From the NCBI RefSeq assembly GCF_964355755.1, contig NC_092677.1:16018101-16082100 (forward strand): a DNA stretch of 64,000 nucleotides, written 5' to 3'. Under the pieces are notes generated by a model. That model had not been told where the DNA came from. It did not search any database and saw nothing but the letters and a program-made list of their open reading frames with translations. The stretch is from Antedon mediterranea (Eukaryota; Animalia; Echinodermata). This document shows positions 1 through 10,591 of this stretch, piece by piece. Position 1 is the first letter of the stretch; each line of letters begins with the position of its first letter. The translations under genes were made by a program, and so were the position numbers.

Positions 1-210
1 ATGCTTGTCCAGTTTTTGCAGTTTAAGAAACCATCATTGCAGCCGGCGCACATTTGTAAAGACTTTCACATTTAACATGTGTGACAAGATATCCTCGATA
101 ACTTGGAGTGGATAGGGTCATAATTGTATTTTCCATTGGATTTGTGCACAGTAGTATTCTGAACATCAATATACTGGTTTGCTATGTTATAATTGTGATA
201 ATATGTTGTC

Positions 211-764
211 TCATGCCATCACCCTACTTCAGGATTTCTTCTGACGATTTCAGTCTTTACCAATTTCTTTGCCTCTTTCCCACTTTAATAGTTGATCAGT
301 ATTTACAAAACTGACGTAGTATAGATTCAAGATTTTAAGCAAATCATCAGCATACATAATAAAATGCTTCGGTTCGTTTCCTGTTTTAATCAGATACTCG
401 TACAACTGTAAACTTTCTCAAAATGCGTAAGATTCGGAAAGCCGTTTACGATTCTAAAGCCTACAGTCTTCTAGTCTATTCATCCAAGATTGTGCATCCT
501 TCATAAATGTGAATATTTTTCAGGCCTGCGAATTAAAAATTGGTAGCATATCTAGTTGCTTGGTGATTACATTTCTTGTTTGGATATTCTGCCTCGAGTA
601 TGTTTTCTTTCATGTATTTGTAAGAACAGTCTTTGGGGTTCCATCTTCTTTCATAAGTCATGGCTGGTTAATAATCTGTACATCTTCTAGATTGCTCATA
701 GAAACCGTTAAAGCAGTAGAGACACTACGTGGACGGTCCAAAGACAAATACGTACTTGAAACAT
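211..764 (-). pseudogene. Sulfotransferase-like (BCAT-like N-terminal domain) pseudogene, copy 1
   Basis: Colinear nucleotide homology to the intact gene at 3804-4676 (ATG-F-Q-V-R-I-C-L-W at 764). It has a frameshift before PRS, an in-frame TGA after NQP and several deletions. Confidence 0.85.
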
Positions 765-1289
765 CGTAGGCCTAAACGATCTGAAGTTTTTGTACTCAAA
801 CAGCTAATTATACAAAAAAACATTTTTTTTAAAAGTTGGATTACTTTGATTACTTCCAGTTATAGTGATAGGGAAAAAGAGAGAAATAAGAATTGTCCGA
901 AACCTCATTTAAGTTTATTACAATATTGTATATTGTGCCATTGTTTTATTCCATGCCAAATTAACTGGTACAAATTAATGATGGTACGGGTCACGTCCAG
1001 TTATTTTGTAATAAAAAAAAATAATAATTCTGCCATTACATTACAGGAACGACCATACGATATGAAATGAAAAGTTTTTTTTTGTAATCAACAAACGACA
1101 AATTAAATATTTTAAAAAACGTCGTCTTGTTTCCGCTGTATCAAATTGTATAATTACACACCTGTTTGTATTCTCGCAATTTGATTGGTTAGTTATCATT
1201 TGTGTCATTTGAAATTTAGCCATTTGCAAGTAACGGCAAAGTGATATAATGGTGTGATAATTAATTCGGGACTATAACAACCTCTCATG

Positions 1290-1790
1290 AGGCTGATCTA
1301 TAAGTTAATTTTGAAAAATAGAGCGGGGGCTGATCTGTAAGAACTTTTTTATTTATACATTGATATATGAAACGAAATTATAAGTATACATAAGTCCAGA
1401 TGAGAACATTTTGGAACACAGAGTTGTTAGGTGCCCGGAAATTGGACGTATATATACTTCGAAATATAAAAAATATATATACGGTCTTCAGGACAAGCCC
1501 TACAATAGTTAGGGCTGAGCTAAGAACATTTTGAGACATTGAGCTGCTATAGGTCCCCGGAAATTGCATTTATACATTGATATGTGAAACGAAATTATAA
1601 GCCCACCATGCATGGTTGGGATGGAGCTAATTACATTTTGAAAAATAGAGCTTAGTTAGGTTTGGTCCCCGGAAATTAGACTTAAACTTCGAAATATGAA
1701 ACAAAATGTATGTCTTCAGGATCAGCCCCATCATGGTTGGGGCCGAGTTAAAAATATTTTGAAAACTGAAGCTGCAGGTCTTCATAAACT
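1290..1790. repeat. Degenerate repeat with ~110-120 bp subunits, related (inverted) to part of the 1.7-kb unit at 41.3-48.2 kb
   Basis: Recurrent motifs gaaacgaaattataag, gtcttcaggac/tcagccc and ggggctgagc...ttttgaaaa are reverse complements of motifs at 41550-41730. Confidence 0.55.
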
Positions 1791-2090
1791 ACATTTAGGA
1801 CTATACTTTGAAAATCTCAGACCCAGAGGCATAAGCAACCCTTTTGCCCTTTTGGGGGCATGGTGCGTCCGCACCCCCGCATGGGTAACCATCAAAACGG
1901 ATTTGATACACTTTTATAATTTATGACATTCTGATTTTGTCTAGCTACTAGCTAGGTCTAGCCGACGATCAATGGCGTATACATCGCTAGGGACCAGGCT
2001 TAGCCTGATAGCTTAAACTTTAAGGAGATCGATTCAACATTATTTATTTATAAAAATTTACTGTAAGGTAAAAATAGACAATTTTCGTTT

Positions 2091-2855
2091 TTAGTCGCGT
2101 GGAAGCGACTCTATAGTTCACTATGTCGGTCGGTCGGTCTGTCTGTCGGTCTGTCTGTCTGTCGGTCCGGTATCACTATGCGTTTTATCGCTTTCTGACC
2201 TTATCTTGATATCAGTTTAATCTAGCTAGGTCAATTTTTCACAGTATATTCCTTATGGCCAGGAATCAATGTGGTTATGTTTTCACGGTGCGCAATAAAA
2301 AATTACGCGGTCTACGCACGATTTAACGAAATCACGTTTGTAATCATTATCTTCACAACCATGAATCACAATTAAATAAAATTTGGTACTCATAAATTTC
2401 AGGGCATAAATCATCATGGCAATACAATTACGTGCGTAGCGCATGTAACGCATGCGTACGCGCGCTTAACATTTTCAAAATTTATTTTCGATGAAATAAG
2501 AGTACATTTCAGGCAATTTTAAGCGTTTACAAAATTGCCATGAGTGCGCATATTTTTGCGCGCGCACTGCGCGTTAAATGTTATTGCGCACTCTTTTTGC
2601 CCGATTTCTGTTTTCTTGACTTACTTTTCAACTCGAAATTACGTTATACGAGCACGTCGAAAGTGACAGGCTACGCACGTGTAAATTAAAAAAAATAAAT
2701 GTTTTTAAACATTTCAACATTTTTAAACATGTTCAGTAATTTCGGTCAGTATAGTTCACTATGTCGGTTGGTCGGTCTCTCTGTCTGTCGGTCTGTCTGT
2801 CGGTCCGGTATCACTATGCATTGTAGCACGCGACTTAATGGCTGTTGGCCTTGTT
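2091..2855 (+). mobile_element. HINE/DINE-1-like non-autonomous Helentron element
   Basis: Subterminal inverted repeats agtcgcgtg...cacgcgact, (GTCG/GTCT)n microsatellite near the 5' end, 3' hairpin ggctgttggcc followed by ttgttt, inserted in a T-run. Related copies lie at 29891, 34993 and 41132. Confidence 0.8.
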
Positions 2856-3803
2856 TTTAATTGACGTGAGTTTTTTTTTAATTGCCGTGAAATGTTTTAA
2901 CAAGTTGCCATGTCACCGTTCTACATATGCGCCAAAATATTTTTCCTAAACTACGTCTAGAACCTGTATAATAATAATAAATAATATATTTATACAGGAT
3001 AAAACAATCAGATAACAGTGTATCTGTTTTACATTGTGGTCCTATCTTAATCAAAATATACAAAAGAGAAACTTAATTAAATATAATACAGTGTTTATGA
3101 AAAGAAATAGTATATGGCTGAAATCCTCTATGAGTTATCACAATATCATGTTGATTATTGCGGAACTAGTTAGTGTGGTGACAGTAATCAACTTTGATTG
3201 TTTAAGTTTATTTCTTCTTCATTTTATTTATTTTTGTTTTGTAGTTTTTAAATCATTATCATTATTTTTCTTTTATGATATTTTATTCATTTTTACAAGG
3301 GGTGACTCGAGTTTGCGGGGTTTTCATGCCCGAATTTAGTTACACTATCTAAACCTCTGCCTAGGTTAAGAAGAAGACGTTTATTCTGTTACAACTTTTA
3401 ATCTCTCTTTTACGGAGACAAATTGATCAGTGTTTTATTTAAGCAAGTAAAGTCCTACTGGAAGGAAATATGTATTTACAGCAGCATTGTAAAATGCTGG
3501 CTCTCAGAATATGAATTGATAACATTTTCAAAAACTTCCAATACCTCTTTTCAAGTTCGTTCTGGTCTTCTTATTTTTTTTTTATTTACGAGGTGATAAG
3601 CTTTTATTTTACGTATTTATCAATTACTTATTACTTTATGATCAATGGGTGTTGTTGCTAGTTTGCTGAGTAAATCAATAAAAGAACCCAATAATCAATT
3701 TAATAATACAAATGTACAATCTCTATTAATGAAGGGCTATGGTATATTTTGTGTGTAACAGCACGCACTGTGATTATTGTCAGATGGGCTTAGAAACGTG
3801 GTG

Positions 3804-4676
3804 TCAATATATTTTAGCTCGTAGTTCATACATTTTTCTATAGAAAGGAAGGCTGAAATCTATACATTCTTGTACGTCTTCAGGTATCTCTGATCTAATA
3901 GGAACGGGTGCAGGTTTTTGGAAGTTTGTGCTAGAGAATGTATTCTTATGCCATCCACCAAGATCACCCCACTTTAGAATTTCTTCAGACGATTTCCAGT
4001 GCTTTTGTATTTCTTTGCCTCCCTTCCACTGTAACAGTTTATCAGTATATGTTATGCCGGCAAATTGACAAAACTGACGAAGTATAGATTCAGGATTTTC
4101 TAGCAGATCATCAGCATCTATAATGAACGGATTCGGTTCGATTCCTGTTTTTATCAGATGCTCGTACAATATTAAACTTTCTCGAAATGCATAGAGTTCC
4201 GGAAAGACATCGAAACCTTTTTCGATATTCATCCTACCATCTTCCAGTCTGTTCATTTTGGAATATGTATCCTTCAAAGAAATACATACTCTTTCTGGTC
4301 TACGAATTAAAAATGCATGCCGATAACACTTTGGTAGCATATCTAATCGTTTGGTACCTGCGTAAGGCATATCTTTTACAAAAACTACTTTCTTATCTGG
4401 ATATTCTGCTTCAAGTATGTTTTCTTTAATATACTCATAGCAGCAAACTTCGGAATCCCATGTCTCCTCAAAATTCATAACTAATTTGCCTGTTGTTTCT
4501 TTTATCTTCCTCGTCACGCGTGTGTCAATCGTCCCCTCTCCACCGGAACCTACAAGGAAAGCACTGAGATACGGCTGGTTGATAATTTGTACATCTTCTA
4601 GATTTCCCATGCACACCGTAAACGATGTAGATACACTACGAGGAAGAGCCCAAAGACAAATACGTACTTGAGACAT
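3804..4676 (-). CDS. Sulfotransferase-fold protein (Sulfotransfer_5 / 'branched-chain-amino-acid aminotransferase-like' N-terminal domain), 290 aa, intronless CDS
   Basis: Uninterrupted ORF with motifs LWALPRSVST (5'-PSB-like), FVKDM, HAFLIRRP...S (3'-PB-like) and IIDADDLLENPESILRQFC...LLQW. Start placed at MSQVR (4676) because a tttcag acceptor lies at 4689-4690 and the paralogs start at the same ATG. Confidence 0.85.
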   Translation of the reverse strand: MSQVRICLWALPRSVSTSFTVCMGNLEDVQIINQPYLSAFLVGSGGEGTIDTRVTRKIKETTGKLVMNFEETWDSEVCCYEYIKENILEAEYPDKKVVFVKDMPYAGTKRLDMLPKCYRHAFLIRRPERVCISLKDTYSKMNRLEDGRMNIEKGFDVFPELYAFRESLILYEHLIKTGIEPNPFIIDADDLLENPESILRQFCQFAGITYTDKLLQWKGGKEIQKHWKSSEEILKWGDLGGWHKNTFSSTNFQKPAPVPIRSEIPEDVQECIDFSLPFYRKMYELRAKIY

Positions 4677-5269
4677 ATGATACCAGATCTGAAATGCAAA
4701 TTTAATAAAATAGTTTACATTTAAATATTTACTTAACATGTTTACACCCTATTTCTTTCCAATTTAAATTCTAAAACTTGTTTCAAATTTAGATTGAAAA
4801 GATGAAGCAATAGAAAATATCTAAAAAGTGTAAAATTCCTAATTACCATTAAACACATAAACACTAATTAGTTTGTACATGTAGACCTAGGCCTACTATT
4901 TTATTATAGGCCTATAGCCTAGCATGCCATCCAATAGTGTAGTGCCCCGGAGGCAATGGTAGTTTTACAGCAGATCCTACTACTAGGGCGTACAACCACT
5001 GGTAAAGGCCTACGCCTGGTAGGCATTTACATTTTAGATAATATTATGTAATACGGTAATCGTCCGGCCAAGGCTGGTATACTCTACAGGTTATAGCCAA
5101 GGGGGTGGGCCCAATAAAGCGAAGTAAAAAACCTAAATTTCCATTCGTTACGACCAACCTTAATTTACAAAACGTTGTCTAAAATACATGCCAAAATATT
5201 GTTGCAAAAATACATACAGCGGTCAAGGTCAAAGTGCAATTGTAAGCCACACGTTCGGTTCCTTTGTTG

Positions 5270-5311
5270 TTGCTATCATGGAGGAAATATACATTTCCTC
5301 CATGTTGCTAT
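5270..5311. mobile_element. P-superfamily-type excision footprint / mini-element (CATGGAG...CTCCATG, 7-bp TSD)
   Basis: ttgctat-[catggaggaaat atac atttcctccatg]-ttgctat. Confidence 0.6.
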
Positions 5312-5840
5312 AAAGGTCCATGGTTGTTGGAATTGTAAACGCGCGAAACAGTTTTTACCGTTTGTTTTGTTTTATAGGTGAAAATATTAGTTCCTTTCTC
5401 TTTTTTTCCGTGGATTAACTTTATTTAAATTCTGATTATTTATTAATCTTCATTTTTTAATGTTTTTGGGGACAATTAGGTGTTTTTTTAAATATTATAA
5501 TTATTTTATAGCCTATACTATCTTACCACAAGTCATACGGTGTGTATATAAACAAGAATATTTCTTACAAAAAACGCTGCTCGCTTATTATTATTGCTAA
5601 GGTCAAGTCTGGGGGTCACTTCATCACGCCTAGATACTTCAAGTATCCTATTAGGCCTACAAACAAAAACTTCAATGGAATGTTTTGATAATAATTCAAT
5701 GATTATCTGACAGCGAATTATAGTAATATCATGGGACTCATAAATACCAGAAATGCTTTGGGATTTGTCGTTAGACTCTTTTCCCAGCCATTTTTTGGAT
5801 TCAACAGGTGGTACCTATAAATTATAGTCGAGTTTCCATT

Positions 5841-6188
5841 TAAACAAGCACGAATGTGCAATACTCGGGGTACAGCGAAAGAAGCTGTAATGACGTCATA
5901 AGACCGGATGTAACGTCACATACACATCAATAACCGCGCTACCGAATACGGTTATACGGTACCATCTTCGAGACGTGATATGGCTGCATCCGGTTTGCAA
6001 TTAAAAAATCCGGCTCTATAGCTTAGAGGACATGTCCCTGTAGTATATTCATGCTAAATCCGAGGTCAATACTACAACGAATAAGGGAGGAGTAGTACTT
6101 TATAAATCGCACTTTTTGCTCAATAGTGTCCGGATGGAAGAAGAAGAGGAAAAGATGAGAGAGTCCTAGACTCAGGTACCCAGAGTAA
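5841..6188 (-). mobile_element. HINE/DINE-like element, family 2, copy A
   Basis: aaacaag + hairpin gcacgaatgtgc + subTIR tactcggggtac at one end, and gactc(a/g)ggtacc(c)agagta at the other. Near-identical direct copy at 6714-7041. Confidence 0.65.
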
Positions 6189-6257
6189 TAAAACGAGATA
6201 TACTCTATATCATATTACGTATACAGTATATTTCACCATAAAGTTAAAGAAAAATAG

Positions 6258-6288
6258 GTTTCGCCATGGAGTAACTCCATGGTTTCGC
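6258..6288. mobile_element. P-superfamily-type excision footprint (CATGGAG-TAA-CTCCATG, 7-bp TSD) in the 3' end of a tRNA-Val-like gene
   Basis: gtttcgc-[catggagtaactccatg]-gtttcgc. Confidence 0.6.
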
Positions 6289-6351
6289 CAGGGCTCGAAC
6301 CGGGACCTTCTGCGTGTTAAGCAGACTTGACAACCACTACACTACGAAACC
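6281..6351 (-). tRNA. tRNA-Val(AAC)-like gene, probably a pseudogene
   Basis: Minus strand reads GGTTTCGTAGTGTAGTGGTTGTCAAGTCTGCTTAACACGCAGAAGGTCCCGGTTCGAGCCCTGGCGAAACC. A and B boxes, acceptor and anticodon stems are intact; D- and T-stems carry mismatches; a T-run lies downstream. Confidence 0.75.
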
Positions 6352-6573
6352 TCTTACACTAAATATGTGGGTTACACAAAGTTTTTTAATCCATTTAAAT
6401 CACAAATAAATATGGTAATAAGCACAAAGCAAAATAAACATGTGTAAAAGTGATAATTACCGATTACACAAAATAAGTATTTTAAAAAATAATAAAAAAT
6501 AAGATATACTGTGTATAATTATCATATTGCGTATACAGTACGGTACTTTTCACCATAAAGTTTAAAAAAAAAC

Positions 6574-6646
6574 GGTTTCGCCCGGGTTCGAACCAGGTAC
6601 CTTCTGCGTGTTAAGCAAACGTGATAAATCACTACGCCAAGAAGGC
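6574..6646 (-). pseudogene. tRNA-Val(AAC) pseudogene (tandem duplicate)
   Basis: Same anticodon and T-arm sequence as 6281-6351, with a degenerate 5' acceptor strand and shared downstream flank. Confidence 0.7.
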
Positions 6647-6713
6647 GCATATAACTACCTTACGCTGTGTGGTGTGTCACACATTGTGGCTTCTTAATTA
6701 AACAAATTAATTA

Positions 6714-7041
6714 ATGTGCGATACTCGGGGTACAGCAAATGAAGCTGTAATGACGTCATAAGACGGGATGTGACGTCACATACACATCAATAACCTACCA
6801 AATACGGCTATATGGTACCATCTTCGAGACGTCATATGGCTGCATCCGGTTTGAAATTTAAAAATCCGGCTCTATAGATTTTAGGACATGTCCCTGTAGT
6901 ATATTCATGCCAAATCCCAGCTCAATACTACAACTAATAAGGAAGAAGTAATACTTTAAAAATCGCACTTTTTACTCAATAGTGTCCAGATGGAAGAAGA
7001 GGAGAAAATGAGTAAGTCCTAGACTCGGGTACCCCGAGTAA
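6714..7041 (-). mobile_element. HINE/DINE-like element, family 2, copy B
   Basis: Direct repeat of 5853-6188, ending gactcgggtaccccgagtaaaa. Confidence 0.65.
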
Positions 7042-7199
7042 AAAAATGTCAAAGTCTAGTACTATACTGCTGCTTGATTTCATCTAATGAATGAGTCATC
7101 TCGTGTGACGTAGCGGGCTAGAGCAGCAGCGTGAAAAAAGGTTACATCAACGGACTATCATATTCTTTACCATGGAAGGGAAAAAAGACAGTGAAGGAA

Positions 7200-7690
7200 G
7201 TGTTTGCTAGTATTCTTACGCATTACACAAGATAGCCTTTTAGTACAGAGCATGTCCACACGTTTGGTAGGCCTACCTGTAAAGCACTTTAAAAAAAACT
7301 TTTCTTATGTGTGTGCTAGTAATGTTATTCTTACGCAATACCCAAAAAATGCTTTTAGTAGCATATCCAAACATTTGTTACCTGTAAGGCATCTATAACA
7401 AAACAATTCTTATAAGTGCCATTATAGGCCCTACCCATAGCCCTTTGGTAGAATATCAATCGTTAAGTACTCGTTAAGGCATAACTTTTTTTATCTGGAT
7501 ATCCATGTCTCCAGTATGTTTTCCTTATAAATATATACTTAAATATTCCTATATTCACGTCAAGTTTCTTGTAGCTCATTATAAGTAAAGCACTGATAGG
7601 CTAGTGAATAATAATAATTATTCTACATCTTGATTGCTCATACATACCGTGAAAGCAGTAGAGAAATTATGAAGAATAAAGACAATATAT
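7200..7690 (-). pseudogene. Highly degenerate sulfotransferase-like pseudogene, copy 3, with internally triplicated segment
   Basis: 7445-7530 matches 4330-4430 and 7620-7690 matches the 5' CDS. 7200-7440 carries two more degenerate copies of the 4330-4400 segment. Upstream region 7720-7900 is shared with 14400-14590. Confidence 0.6.
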
Positions 7691-7994
7691 TACAAAAAAT
7701 TAACCTGTAATTTTAAATTTAAACAATGAATCAACGATGCAAAAATCACCAGTCAAATTACCTACAAAATGATGAACTTATTGACTGCTGACAATTATTA
7801 TCTACATAAATTCTGAATGATATCGTGACATTTCTCTATCGGCAAGGAATAAAGTAAAGGACCACATTTCGTCGGCTTTTTGTGAATTCAAACACTAATG
7901 AAACAAATAATATTATTAACATAATAAATCTATAGGCTATCTGGTGTTTTTTGAATTCACAAAAAAGCCGACGGCTTTCAAAACTTAGCACTCT

Positions 7995-8265
7995 GATCGT
8001 AAGCAACCACCCTTGTTAGCGACCACCTTTAATATTTAAAAAGGACTACCTCTGTTAAGGGACCGCTTCCAATGGACAACCTCCTGAAGGGGTAACCACC
8101 TCTCATAACGGACTGCTTTTCATAAACTACCACCGCTCGTAGACGACCACTTCTTTTACCGACTACACCTCCCGTAAGTGACCACCTCAATGGAGGTGGT
8201 AATTTGCGAAAGGTGGTCGTTACGGAAGGTAGTCGATTATGAGAAGTGGTCCCTTAGGAGAGGTG
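7995..8265. mobile_element. Degenerate Tc1/mariner-type MITE with internal taagcgaccacc subrepeats
   Basis: Repeated (t)aagcgaccacc-like motifs on the left and inverted ggtggtcg motifs on the right. Confidence 0.45.
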
Positions 8266-9041
8266 AACGTTTTTTTTTTAGAGATTATTCGAAAAAAACA
8301 AAAAACCGAAATACCCTTGAGTGAACGAATAATTATGATGCGCAATTAAGGTGTTTATTTTGCCATATAAAATATAAAAAAATAAATATTTTTTGGTAAT
8401 ATGCATCAACAATATTTTTCAAATGTATTTTAGATAAATAAATAAATAATGTAAAATCTCTAGAAATAAAAAAAAATATTGTGACTAACCAATTCAATGT
8501 TTTATTAAATAAAACCAAAATCAGGCATCTGTGAAAAAAAATATAATGAAAAAGAACTCACTTTAACAATGACGAACTTACTTGTTTAAAGCACTTTTGT
8601 TATCAGTTAATATTATTAAATTAGTAACAGTATTATGAATATTACAAAATAATATTTTGAGAACTGAAAAATATTTAGAGGGAACAAATATATTTAGGGA
8701 GAACAAAATAAGATTTCAAGAACTGAACAATATAAAAAACGAATTACTACTTCGAGACAAGGAATGATCGAGAGAACGAAATTTCGAGGGAAATTATTTC
8801 GTTCTCTCGCGAATTAGTAATTCGAATTCCAATGAAATAATATTTCGAGAGAACGAAAATAGGTAGGCCCTATGCCTATATGATTTAGTGTTATTCATTC
8901 CCTAGAAATAATAATTCAGTACCGGTAGGCTATATATTTGTTCAAGTTGTCGATTTACTTCAAATTGACAACAGGTTGTATATACTCAATCAAAAACAAA
9001 CAATTTAATTTGATTAGACTATATTTCTCCAGATATAATAA

Positions 9042-10589
9042 TCTATATATAAATTTACGTAAGGGCAAAAATCGGTAAATCGCGCGTTTGACAACAGGTT
9101 GTATATGCTCAATCAAAAACAAACAATTTAATTTGATTAGACTATATTTATCCAGATATAATAATCTATATATAAATTTACGTAAGGGCAAAAATCGGTA
9201 AATCGCGCGTTATTTCTAGAATGTTTACTCGATGGTATATAAAGTTGGTTAGAATCTCGGTACTGATTTTAACCACCTGATGTAACCCTGTTTACTAATT
9301 AAATTGAGTTAGATAATTAGTTATTGACAATTAAAACGAATTTAGGTTCAACGATTTGCCCCAAATAGGGGTGTTTTTAGATCGTGGTATACACTTTCTA
9401 ATGGAAGTCCGTCTTGAAAAATACCCGAAGACGAGGATGCTTCGCATTTTCCTATCTCCTCCTACGATAATTGTTTTTAATGGCTGAAAACCGGTTGAAC
9501 AGCTCGAGTACAGCATCATAATGTTGAAGACAGGCCGATTTTCTTTAAAAAATACTATTTTGATAGATTTAATATACGTTTATATAAATGTATTGATTTG
9601 CGATGAATGGAACATTCCAATCTCTGTTCCACAAGTGTCTATTCCCTCAGGCGTCGTAAAGGCAAGTAATGTATACTCATAACAGAAATTCGATCCATTT
9701 TTTTTCCAATCTGTACTGCAGAGGTTTGGATATAATTTTTTTTAAACGGATAATGAGCTAGCGTTTTCAGTCGCCGTATATTATGTACACATCTATATTA
9801 TTGCATTTAAACCACCCACATCATCACCCTTCCCTCACTGGCATGAGTAGCGTTGTAAAGCCAGTAGAGGATAGGCCTATGCGGTGCATCACATGCCCTA
9901 AACGCAGAACAACTTTGGTGGGTAGGGTAGGAACCAACTTAATTATGAATTGGCTCCAAGAAACAATTGAAAACCATAAGGCCTACTAATTAAGTTGAGT
10001 TAGATAATTTAATATTTATTGACGATTAAATCGAATTTATGATTTTCCCCGAATAGAGGTGGTTTTCACAAATTGAACATTATATATAAACATACGTCGT
10101 AGTGTATCGTTAGATGTACTGTACTATTTCAATCGACTACGACGGTGATAGTTTCAACAAAGTATTACATCGCAATGTTTTACTGTGTTTAGTGGTATAT
10201 TATTTGTAAAACATGAAAACAATTAATATTTCGTTACAAAATAAAGAATATATTTAAAAATTGTTCCTCTTTGCACCCATCCTCTTCCCCATCCCTCAAC
10301 CATAATGTTACATACAAAACACAAATTAAGTTTGTTTAAATCTGACTTTAAACAATTGGTCTCATTTTGTGACAAGTTTCTCTTTCGGAAGTAATTCCCA
10401 GGGTGCTAATTTTAGTTGAGTACATAAATCACAGTGTCTATTTATTCGTTCCTGTAAACGACATGTATTGTCCTGCATTATTGTACATTTGAAATCGCCA
10501 GTTTTTTAACGCTGAAATTATTATGTATTCGAGAACCATCTGTGGGCACGACCTAGATGGTACGCGAGCGAAGCGAGCGTACCATCTAG
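9042..10589 (+). mobile_element. Non-autonomous Helitron, copy 1
   Basis: 5' A|TCTATATAT; 3' hairpin region (gatggtacgcgagcgaagcgagcgtaccat) ending CTAG|T. A 123-bp tandem duplication spans its 5' junction (8967-9210). Confidence 0.75.
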
Positions 10590-10591
10590 TA

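Noticed and set aside
1-200. Possible TTF-type zinc-finger (hAT transposase) remnant on the minus strand (CHTC...GFLNCK)
   Set aside because: Too short, contains stops and is cut by the window edge; cannot be supported without a search.
4677-4739. N-terminal 21 aa of the 311-aa ORF
   Set aside because: Mostly intronic: a tttcag acceptor lies at 4689-4690 and the paralogs begin at the MSQVR-equivalent ATG.
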